Made by a program: the position numbers and the translations under genes. A stretch of DNA of 64,000 bases from Takakia lepidozioides (lineage: Eukaryota > Plantae > Bryophyta), in contig CM060731.1 of NCBI GenBank assembly GCA_030704615.1, positions 46,934,001 to 46,998,000 on the forward strand, in the 5' to 3' direction. Shown here in pieces: positions 53,900 to 64,000 of this stretch; positions within the stretch are counted from its first letter, which is position 1, and every line of letters begins with the position of its first letter. Under the pieces are notes generated by a model. That model was not told where the DNA came from, did no database searches, and was given only the letters and a program-made list of their open reading frames with translations.

Positions 53900-55233
53900 A
53901 TTTGTGTAGGGTAAGGCACATGTTTAAGCCACTTGGAATGAGGGCGGAGCCCGTGTGACCACTGGCGCAAACATCTGACGGCCCACGCGTGGGGTCTTTA
54001 GCCTGCATAAACGTTGCTTGAATAAAACCCCGCCACATGTTTTTTCTTCTAGGCGCCCAAATTTCTTTTAGGCTTCTTCCCCGCTGCTTGCTTCCAGCTC
54101 CCTTGTTCATCCGTTGTTTGTTTCGTTGTCAGTTGTTTTCGATGCCTTCGCAAGCACACGTTGCTGTCGACGTAGTTGTGATGCATGTCATCCGTGGGGG
54201 GATCTGTCCTGTCATCTATGAACTTGGCCCCATGAGTGATGGCAAACTCGGTAATGCCGGCCGGAGTCGTTTGTGGATGCACCCAGACGAGACAAACAGC
54301 TTCAAATAGACGAGTCTGCGAACATGACATCCACAAGGAACTAAGAAGCAAAAAAAAATCGGGCCCCTACATATGAGTTCGAGCGACCTATACAACCCCA
54401 TCCGAGAACAACCAAGAAGAGGAAGAAGAAGGCAAACTCACCATCTCTCCCGGACGATCCCCCTTCGTAAGGTACATGTTGTTCACACAATTCCATGTCT
54501 TCACGACTCTCATGCCCGAGGCTTTCAAATAGCTGGAAAGTGCACGGCGACACCGACCGTCGATGGACTGGATGAGCACCAAAACACCTGCATCGGACAG
54601 GAAGAAGTTGCAAAAGGAGAAAACCCACCGCCAGTAGCGCTCATCAAAAGCATTCCAACCCGGACAAGCACCCGATGGAGGGATATCCGGGACTGCCAAC
54701 CCATCAGGGATGTCCAAGATGATGAGTTTGGCTGCATATGGCTTCTCCTTCCCGTTCACCCAGGATTTGGTCATTTTAGCCTGCAAACAAAAATACAATG
54801 GAATTCTCACAAGTTTAGAAACGATCCATGCCCATAGCAGACAAAAACAACAGAAGCCACAGAACCCAAAAAGAACACGCACCGTGCTGAGGAACTGCAC
54901 AATCCTGTCCCACACTGGTGATGGCTCGCCCTTGTAATCAGATTTCTTCGACTCCATCATGGCAAGGAACCCGACGTTGGCCATCTCTAACCTGGTTGGG
55001 CGAATGACCCTCGTGGGATGTTCCACTGCATGGTACGGGTCCTTGGGATCAACCACCCCCTTGTTTTTTCTCCCGGATCCCCTACCATGCGGTGGAGTCT
55101 GCTGGACATGCTCCACAGGGCCAATATCTGCAACACTTCCCTGCCCTTGTGCCACCTTCCCTCTACCCGTTCCCTTCCCAACAACACCAGCAACATCTTT
55201 TCCCTTTGCCTTTCTTCCTCTACCTGGGGTATC
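53900..55233 (-). pseudogene. Spliced gene fragment resembling a beta-class amino-DNA methyltransferase, TE-associated
   Basis: In-phase GT-AG exons 55233-54883, 54780-54442 and 54315-~54135. LIILDIPDG resembles motif IV and FLSDAGVLVL resembles motif VI. A possible degenerate motif I (DVCASGHTGSAL) lies downstream in another frame. Confidence 0.55.
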
Positions 55234-55239
55234 CTAAAC

Positions 55240-56400
55240 AGGGAGGCTCCTTCTCTGCAAGAGTCCTCAAATTACGTTCATGAATGTCGAGGTCGGCTGC
55301 TGCGGCAGTGGCTGCAATACGGTCATTCTCTCTCCTCAAAGACACCTCTGGAGCTGGGGTCTCAGAAGGAGGGCAATCCAAATACCAACCACAAGAAGAA
55401 AGATGGTCTGGGCCCCAGTCATGCAAGATCCCAGTAGTAAACATGGTCTGGTTGCCAGCAGGGACAAGCCACAGGTCCACGAAATCCGGATGTTTGTCCA
55501 GGCAATTCTCTTCCAGGAGAACAAACTTTATGTACCTGCAGCAACAGAGACAGCCTCATTTTACAATGGAAATATTGTGTGGCAACTTTTCCATCACACC
55601 AGGAAGACCCCCTTCAACAGTATGCCACACAACACATTGCAACCACAGCACAAATAAGGCAAGCCAGAAATGGCCCAAGAGAAGTTGCACAGGTTGTCTA
55701 CCGCCGTTGTGTCTCCAGAACAAAAGGTGAAGTGGCTGCAGATATGGAACTCCGATCCCACAGTTAGGGATACCCACATGTTCCCAAGGCCGGAGAAAGA
55801 GAAGAAGACCCAGCGTGTCATTCCTGTCAGTGACAATGTGCTGGACACCTGGCTTCACAAGGCCACTTACTGGAGCCAGGTGTGATGTCCTTCCCTGTGT
55901 CACTGTCTTTTCTCTTTTCCTGTCCTTATCTTTCTATTGCCTCTTACATTCGCTGTGATTGCTTTTGGGTTCATTCTTACATTTGTATTGTTTTGCAGTT
56001 GGAAGAAAGGGCCAGATCGGTTCTGCATACTCAGCTGGCTGACTATGGCATCAGTATGATAGCACCGAAGGTGTCCTTCGAAGCATACATGAGGAAATGG
56101 AGAGCCACAGTGTGGCACTCTTGTTTCTTTAGAGAGTTCAGCAAGGAGGGTGGCATCAGTCGAACAAATGAGCTGGACCAGCAAGAAAAAGGAGAGGAAG
56201 CCTGGAAACGATGCCTTTACAGGTGCACACTCAAACTCATGCAGTATAATCAGCCATCTTGTTTTTTTTTGTTTTTTATTTTATTTTTTTTTTTAATTAT
56301 GTTTTTTTTTCCTAAAGCCTTCCGCTTCTGTTTCTTGGGTCCGACCCTTTATCCACTTCGCTCCAACCAAGAGGCCAGAGAAAGCACTTTGGTGGCGTCA
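55240..56400 (+). pseudogene. Spliced gene fragment of unknown function, TE-associated
   Basis: One frame runs 55280-55879 with a single internal TAA (55655-55657), then GT-AG intron 55880-55998, exon 55999-56222 and a T-rich intron. It is cut off at the gypsy junction. Confidence 0.55.
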
Positions 56401-58597
56401 TATTCACTTCTCTTACCTGCTCTTCAGCTGTGATTGTCCATCCAGCCACTACTTCATCCTGGAGACTAACAATGGTTGGTTCCTCTAGGATTTCTATTTC
56501 TCCCTCTCTTTCTTCATATAGAAATGTGGTGGGTAAGTATTTGTTTCCCCCTTAATTGGTGTTGTTGTTACTGCACCACAACATATACATTTGAAACAAC
56601 TTAGTCTTCCCAGTTGCATTTCTGCAACCTGCTCCCACTCTGGGTGTGCAGCAAACAGAATAGCATCCTGCTCTTCATCAAGCCCTCCCCTCCAGTCATA
56701 TTCCCTAACTCCACGAGGCCTTCTGGTAGCAGGTAGTCTACCTGATTTCTTAGTTGAAATCCATATTTTGTGCTTATCCTTGCGTACAGTCAGAATCTGA
56801 GTATTCCAGTCATGGAATACCTTGGTCTGTTTCAGCCATGGTCGTCCTAACAGTAAGGAATAAGCTTCCATGACATCATCCATTTTCAATACAGTCATGG
56901 TGATCTTAAAGACCAACTTCTGAATCTGTATTTTTACTCCTCTTATCAAGCCCAATGGTTGTACACTTCTTTGATCTGCCATTGTCACTGTGAATGGGGC
57001 TGGTTTCATGTTACTCAGACCAAGCTTCTGTCTCAATTGGTCTGTCATGATATTCAATCGTGAGCCTCCATCTATCAGTACATCAGTAAGGTATGTGCTT
57101 CCAATTCTCAATTGGATTACTGGCATGGAATCATCAAAGTCCATGACAGTTTCTTGCCCTTCAGGCTTCACATTATAGCTTGCCACCTTGTTTTTCAGGT
57201 CTGTGTTCTCTGTCACATGAGCAATCTGATTGATTGCTTGATACAGCTTATGTCTACAATGGGGTGCCACAGCCAATAGCTGCCCAATTGTAATCTCAGC
57301 TTTGGACTGGCATATCACTTCAGCCAATGTCCTTTCATTATCCTGCACCTGTGAAGCTTCTTGTTTCACTTCATCTTCATCTTCTTCATTTTCTTCTTCT
57401 GAGTCCGTTGACTCTGCTATAGCGATATCTGTCTCCTTCTGCAATTCCCTTATAGCTTCTGCCACTTCCTTGTGCAGTTCCTTCTCATCTCTCCATGCCT
57501 CATCATCTTCAGGCACAACACTACCATCTTCATTCACATCTTCCTCCTCATCCACTGGAGGTAATAGTTTGGCCTTGCTTCTGGTAACTATCATTGTACT
57601 TACTTCTGGTACAAAACATGGCATAACCATGTGTGCTGCCATTACTGGGCCTTCATTCACAGGGATTCTCACCTCATGCTGGTGTCTAACCCAGATTGGA
57701 CAAGTTGACTTGCAATGTCCTGGTTGGTTACAATAGTAACATAGTTCTTCACCATTGGGTCCACGCCCTTGGTCCATTTTGGGATTATTTCTATAATCCT
57801 GATTCCCTGGCTGGTAATTCCCCCTTGGATTACCTTGATATGGGATTGCCTTGATAATTCCCTCTTGGATTATCTCTTCCTACCATACCATTGTTATATC
57901 CACCAGGCCTACCATAGTGGTCCTGGTCATTGTTTCTTTTTGGTTGGGGTTGCACTTGATGCACCCTCATCTGTCTTGGTTCCCTTGTAGCTGTCCTTCT
58001 GTTGTAATAACAATTCTCAGTAGAATGGTTATCCATTTTACAGATAGTACAGTGTTTCTCCTTCATGTGGCATTCAACTGTGGTATGGCCTTCATTTTGG
58101 CACTTTGCACACCAAACACCCTTCCTCCAATGTGTTGAAGCCTCTGTGGCATATTTTTTCAAGATTTCTTCCAATGTTTTGTCATAGCTGTCCCTCTTCA
58201 ACTTTTCCTTCTTCTTGCTCTTCTTCCTCATCTGACTCATCCTCACAGTCATCATCATCCCTTTTATCCTTCCTGACCGATTTCCTTTGCTCAATTTTGT
58301 TGGCTGTTTCAAATGCCTCCTCCACTGTCTTATGGGGTAACATATCCACTTTCTTTTGTAACTCCGGTCTCAGTCCACTCACAAACCAAGTCTTTTGTAA
58401 ACCTGCTGGTGGCACATCAGACAACTTCTTGACCAGTAACTCCATCTTCTCTAGATATTCTTCAACAGTTTCATGCTTCTTTTGTCTCAACTGTTGTAGA
58501 CTACCGTACACTTCATCCTTAGTTTTGTTTGTCCTGAACCTGTTTTGGAATGTTGTACTAAGGCCATTCCAGGTTTGAAAATGATTATCAGGAAATC
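56400..58597 (-). mobile_element. Ty3/gypsy gag-protease fragment
   Basis: Gag capsid (LRQKKHETVEEY..WFVSGLRPEL) and CCHC knuckles (CAKCQNEGHTTVEC, CTICKMDNHSTENC, CYYCNQPGHCKSTC). Aspartic protease VLIDGGS..LLLGRPWL. Confidence 0.92.
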
Positions 58598-58662
58598 CGC
58601 CTAAGTCCCAGACAGCCCTATAACATTATCCCTCCCTCTCTGAAAAAGCCGTGCCCTCACGG

Positions 58663-60544
58663 TTAATGTGTGGGGTCTTCATACCTTGGTGAACGGGCAC
58701 CTTTCCGTGGACAAGAGTCAGTGCGAGGGCTTAGAGTTTTAGCCCGAACGACATCTGACCGTGGCGGAGATGGCTGTCTGCTAACAGGAGCAGATTGTCC
58801 TGGCCAAATATAGTGGGGAAGCCCTTCAGGAATAGGAGAGCTCCTCCGTGCTTTGTCACCCATGATCTGTTCATACTACTCTGCCATGTCCAACACATCT
58901 TTACTGGACGAACCCGAGACATGGGGTTCCTTTGCATTATGCTGATCTTTCTGGCTCCTGTGCTAAACTAATAGGTCCATGGGCATCCCATCAATGCCTA
59001 CCATGTCTGGAACATTGTCAAGACAAGCTCTGTCAACTTTCTTTCTAGCCGGGGCAGTATATGTGCGCAATGCACCCTCCGTGTAATTGGGTGGTTTGTG
59101 GAGATGTTTGGAGGTCTCGAGCCATTGCCTAGCCATCTGCCCCTTAAAAAAAAGATGATTATGATCCCAGAGAATCTGTCTCAGGTGATCTTGGGCCTGC
59201 TGAAACCAAGACTTGAGTTGTGTGTCATGCTGAAGCATGAGCCTGACATCATGATATGTAAACTAGGGAGGCAAAGGCAGTTGCCATTGAGGTCCATTGG
59301 AAAAAGAAGGATACCTCTGATGCATTGTTTGTCGCTCGATCTGATATCTGAGTAGAAAACACGATGCATAGTAAGTACCACAACCCATGACAATGCTGGC
59401 TGCCTCCTTGGTTTTGGTTGACACCGGACCATGAATAACTTGGAATGCCAGCAACTCCTTCATCATGACACTTGCGCCGTGGCACCACTGAGCAAAGACA
59501 TGATCCTCCAACTGTGTGTTCGCATCAAAAACTTTGTGCCTTGTTGCCAATGGCAACCAATGATGCATGATGTGGTAATATAGCCCCAACGACTGCACAT
59601 GTGAGAAATGTTTCCAAGCCATTTCCATGACTTGGGGAATTTGCCCAAGAGGTAGAAGTACATCATCATTATAGGCCTGCCGAGCAAAAGTCTGTGGTGG
59701 TACAATTGGTTCATTCCAGACAGCAAGCTGAGTGTCTGGCACTTGAGTGTCCAAGTCCACAGGTGATACCTTGGGTGACTGTGACGTTGTAGCCCCTGTA
59801 TCCAAGTCTGGTTTAGCTTGTGCCTCATTGACCTCCAATTGTCGCCGCTTCTTTATGCCAAAGATCAATTCATCCACTTGAATCTGAAGAGTGTCCACGT
59901 CTTCCTGCAAACCAGCTATTGTACTATACACTCCGTCAATAGTATTGGTGGCAATGTCCTGCACTTGCTGTTGGAAATCTATGATTTCGTCCCTAGTTAA
60001 TTTGCGAGGGACCTTGCCATCTACCGGCTCGCCGTTCAACCATAGTTGAAGAATGTGATCATCAACCTGCTGACGAGTAGAACTTCGCAATTTTTGCTCC
60101 TCTTCGCATTGGAATGCCTTCACCTGGTGTTGTAAGCTTTCCATTATGGTCTTGTAAGAATAAACCAAGGCAGCAAAAGTACCCATCACATGGTTAGCTA
60201 GGCTTTTGTCCTGCCTTAGTCTTCTCAACAATGTCCTTCATGTGTTGAAGAACCAGTTGCAACTGTAAAATGGTCTGTGACCGATTGTCTTTTTGGATTC
60301 TCAACTCCTTAATTGACCCGACATTCAGAGCAATGGTCTTCTCCATCTCAGCAATGCGTTCGGCTTGTTGGATGTTTTGAATGCGAGCCTTGGCATACTG
60401 TGCTACTGTGTCCCTTACATCGCCATGCGCGGTCTCCAAAGCAGACTTCAACTCAACATTGTGCGTGGTAAGGTGGTGATTAGCTTTGACCAACTCATCA
60501 TTGAGTAGCTTGAACTGTTGACTTAAGAGTTCATGATTGTGCAC
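58663..60544 (-). pseudogene. Frameshifted coiled-coil accessory ORF within the retroelement mosaic
   Basis: Overlapping ORFs 60544-60194, 60231-59263, 59238-58963 and 58937-58663. Heptad-rich, with no recognisable gag/pol motifs. Confidence 0.55.
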
Positions 60545-61140
60545 AGGAAGAGTACAACCTATTACCCACAGGGCAATGGGCAGTGAGAGGCCACCAATAA
60601 GATACTATGCACTATCCTTGCTAAGATAGTCAATGCCAATAGAACTGATTGGGATACAAAGCTATTAACAGCTTTGTGGTCATACAGGACTTCATACAAG
60701 GTCACCACCGAGTATACACCATTCCAATTAGTCTATGGCATGGAAGCTCTACTTCCAGTGGAGTTCTTACTACCTACCATGAGAATTGAATGGGGAAGGA
60801 GAATGGAATTGGAGGATTCAATTAAAGTAAGGAAACATGAACTATATCATGTGGAATAAGTACGTGCTGCAGCAGATTACATGGCCAGAATTCAGATAAA
60901 AAGAAAGGATCGGTTTGATGAAAGCAAACTAAAATTTTTTAAGACAAGAGATTTGGTAGTGTGATTGCAGAAGAAGGGAAAGATTAAAGCTTCTAAGCTG
61001 AAATCACCATAGAAGAGACCTTATGTCATACGGAAGATTTATGATAACAATATAGCTATATTACAAACAATTAACAAAGAAATGCTTGGTAGAGTCAATG
61101 CCAACAAGTTGAAGGGATACAGTGGTATCCATGATAGACC
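60545..61140 (+). mobile_element. Ty3/gypsy integrase C-terminal fragment
   Basis: HRKSTTYYPQGNGQ*EATNK..DWDTKLLTALWSYRTSYKVTTEYTPFQLVYGMEALLP, followed by a degenerate GPY/F-like region ending VNANKLK. Confidence 0.9.
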
Positions 61141-61142
61141 AT

Positions 61143-61623
61143 TGTAGCATGATTTGCATCTTGAAACACAGACGCAGTCACAGACTACACCAGTAGCACC
61201 AGCGGAGCATAAAGCACTTGTCATAACGCCGAATGTGTATGGCTATAGCAGAGAACACAGTTGTTTACACAGCCAACACAACCTATCATAGTCAGTCACA
61301 GCTTGTCACAGGCAACACAGCCCACGCAGGTTGCATCAATTGTTTGTATGAATGGAACGGCTTCAGTCTTTATGACTAAAGATCTCTCATGTCAAAGAGA
61401 CTGTAAGTTGAGCTTAATCAATAGAATTAAGCAACCTCCAAGGAAATAAATTCATACGATGTTCATGGTTTAGCTATCCTTAAAACGATTACTTCGTAAT
61501 CGTTTCTAAAAGCATACCGTCGGACAACCTCTATTGCATGTCTTAGGAAATGGGCAGTAATGCTGATAGCCTGTTTTGTCTAAGTCATAAACCAGCGGTT
61601 AACATTTGGCGACCATACTTGGA
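61143..61623 (+). mobile_element. LTR 3' end and primer-binding site
   Basis: ..TTAACA (CA at 61603-61604) followed by TT and TGGCGACCATACTTGGA, which resembles the complement of a tRNA-Arg 3' end. Gag-like sequence follows. The LTR 5' boundary is uncertain. Confidence 0.6.
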
Positions 61624-61629
61624 ACTAAC

Positions 61630-62400
61630 GGTATGTTGAGTTCAAGTATACTCAAGGAAGGATGGTTACTCAGTGATTTCTTGAAATCACGACATAACGA
61701 GTCGACGGAAGCAAAGGAATGGAAAACATTCCTGAAAACATTTCATGGCTTATCAATAGCAATACAACAGAAGATCTTTCTTTCAATTGCGAAAGAAGAT
61801 GACAAATGGGGATTGAAGGGAGGAGTGATCAGTATTATACGAGCACCTTGGGAATGTAGAATCGGTATCGAAGAATGGTTGTCTCGTCTAGCTTTATTCA
61901 TTACTCTAATCCCAATCAGAAAAGTTTGCTAACACTTTGTCTGAAGCAATAGGAACTGCAAAGAAGTTGGAACTGGGATTCCATCAGAGTAGAAGCAAAG
62001 ATTCCAAGGATCCCTTGGAAGAAGAAGACTCTGATGATGAAGAAAAGCCCAAGCAAAAGAAGAAAGAAGTGATTGACAAAACCACTTTGGATTAGAAGAT
62101 AGTAGAGGCTATCAAGAATTTTAAAGATGAAGGGTCACGAAAGGCAACATGGTGTCACAAATGCGGGACTGTAGGACACTTGGCAACGGAATGCCACATG
62201 AAAGACAAATATTGTGATATTTGTCATATGAACAATCAATAATACCAGCCATTGTATTTACAACCAACGGGCCAAGAAGAGTGGGTACACACGAGAGGTG
62301 GGGGTACACAGAGTCCAAATCCGACGGGGAGGATCGGACGGACCAAGACGATACAATATGGGTAATCGTTATCAGAGGCCACGAGATGACTATCCACCAC
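61630..62400 (+). mobile_element. Second, more decayed Ty3/gypsy gag fragment
   Basis: WCHKCGTVGHLATECHMKDKYCDICHMNN parallels WCAKCQNEGHTTVECHMKEKHCTICKMDN of the minus-strand gag. Confidence 0.75.
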
Positions 62401-64000
62401 GGGAATGACGTTATAATATATGCTTCATATATCACTGCTTATGGAATCGGGAGACTTGCCTTGTATATGGATTTGTTAACATGATTTGCAAATGAAGTAT
62501 TTGATGTATACCATGTCTGAAATCTAAATGTGCCCTACCTCTTGCTCATGAATCATTTTCAATGAATCGTCAGCCAGAATGGAGCTGTTTCTGAGCAGCT
62601 GGACCTCTGACGAGAACTGGGCAGCGAGGTAGCACGATCACCTACTCACCCACACCATGAAGCCCGGTGGTGAATTCTACCTAGTTTTGTTTCTGCATCT
62701 GAACACAACCTGACATACCCTTCGTGCTCATGGAAATCAATCACGGAGACTCACTGTGCGGGTCTGAAACAAGGAAGTAAGGTGTAATCTAAGCTGAACT
62801 TTTCTTCTTTCCTACCCAATCACGAGTGAAAGCTTCCGATTCCGGCTGCAAGAAACTCCTCCCCATTTGTTGTCTTTTCGAATCATAGGTAATCTGGAGC
62901 TTGAAATCCGGCCCTTTTGGATGAATCTGGACCCACACTCGATCCCTGCTCCTTCAGCTATCCATGTTTGTGCTTGCAAGGTGAACGATGGCGGAAAACG
63001 CAGAGCTCCTGCAGTTCAAGAAGATGAAGATCCGAGCATTGCGGGCAGTTCCAAAAACGTTGGCGCGGCGATTTCTATGGGCCTATTTCGCGCGGGCAGT
63101 CCGGGCAGATTCCAAAGAAATTGACGACAACGATGACGTGTCTACGATGACGTGGCGACGAAACGTGACGACAATGACGTGGCACTAAGGCACCCTATTC
63201 CTGTTCTACGCTAAACAAGCTTTCGACCTTCGGTCGTCGCTAGAATTAGTTATAGGGCTCTCCTAAGGATTCTTAATAGATACGCAAAACTAACTAAGTT
63301 GCGGCTAGCAAGAGTTGAACCCCGCCTCAAAAGTGTAAACTACCAAACTAACCATCACACTAACTTAGAGATATTGTTATAAAGGTTTCTTTTAGTTATT
63401 TAATCACAATAGTTAGAATTCCCTGTTTTCAAAAATTCATAAGTCCTTACTAGATTCTTCAATTCACTTGTTGTAAAATGGAATCTCTAACCTAAGCTTT
63501 ACTCTACAAGATCTTGGAATTAGTTTGTGAATCAAGGTCCATAAAAGTGTTTAGATCAAATCGTGGCTGCTCATAATAATAACAAAATTATTTTGCAGTC
63601 AAGAAATGATCATTTTCAAAAATTCTTAATTCTGCACCACCACCTGTTCTCCTTAAATTTGAATCAGATTCCCATTAACATTCTTCCTTCTATGGGCTTC
63701 AATAATCACTTCTTCTAGATCATCCAAACACTAATTAAGGTCTCAGCTTGAAGTTAGTAATTTAATCAATAATACTTATGGGCTGGGCCAACAAAGAAAA
63801 AAACTAAGTCATATCCTGGTATGATTTCCCCTTTGAAAATCCATAGGGCGGTATTCTGATGACCCAGCTGCCTTCAATTCAAGTATCCAAGGCTCGATAC
63901 CTGGAAAGGACAGAAGAGAACAGAAAAGGAAGAAAAAAAAAAAAAAACCAAGATGAGACATTTCTTCAAACGACTCGGCTATAGCTTCGGAGTGCTAGAT

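Noticed and set aside
63130-63190. Cluster of TGACGTG(G/T)C G-box/ABRE-like motifs
   Set aside because: No linked gene start is visible, and it could equally be a TE terminal repeat.
63805-63902. Terminal exon of a minus-strand gene beyond the window
   Set aside because: There is a pyrimidine tract and AG acceptor, but the peptide is too short to identify.

Overview
Eukaryotic nuclear DNA from a seed-free land plant (bryophyte, lycophyte or fern). This is inferred from GT-AG introns, plant-type genes and a flagellar dynein assembly factor. Eight host genes all lie on the minus strand: a HEAT-repeat DNAAF5/HEATR2-like gene (3' end not found in the window), a GT14/DUF266 glycosyltransferase, an IFRD-family gene, aminoacylase-1, a ZNF330/NOA36-like gene, a SAM-dependent methyltransferase, a nodulin-like MFS transporter and an F-box protein. 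Between them are many mobile-element relics: a short Helitron, two tRNA-derived SINE copies with target-site duplications, RTE- and L1-type LINE fragments, a full-length decayed pogo/Tigger DNA transposon and MITE-like hairpins. The last ~10 kb is a scrambled mosaic of Ty3/gypsy pieces mixed with unusual accessory genes. The most notable is a spliced gene fragment resembling a beta-class amino (N4C/N6A) DNA methyltransferase with a variant DIPDG motif. Exon boundaries were read by eye and family calls come from motif recognition, not searches.
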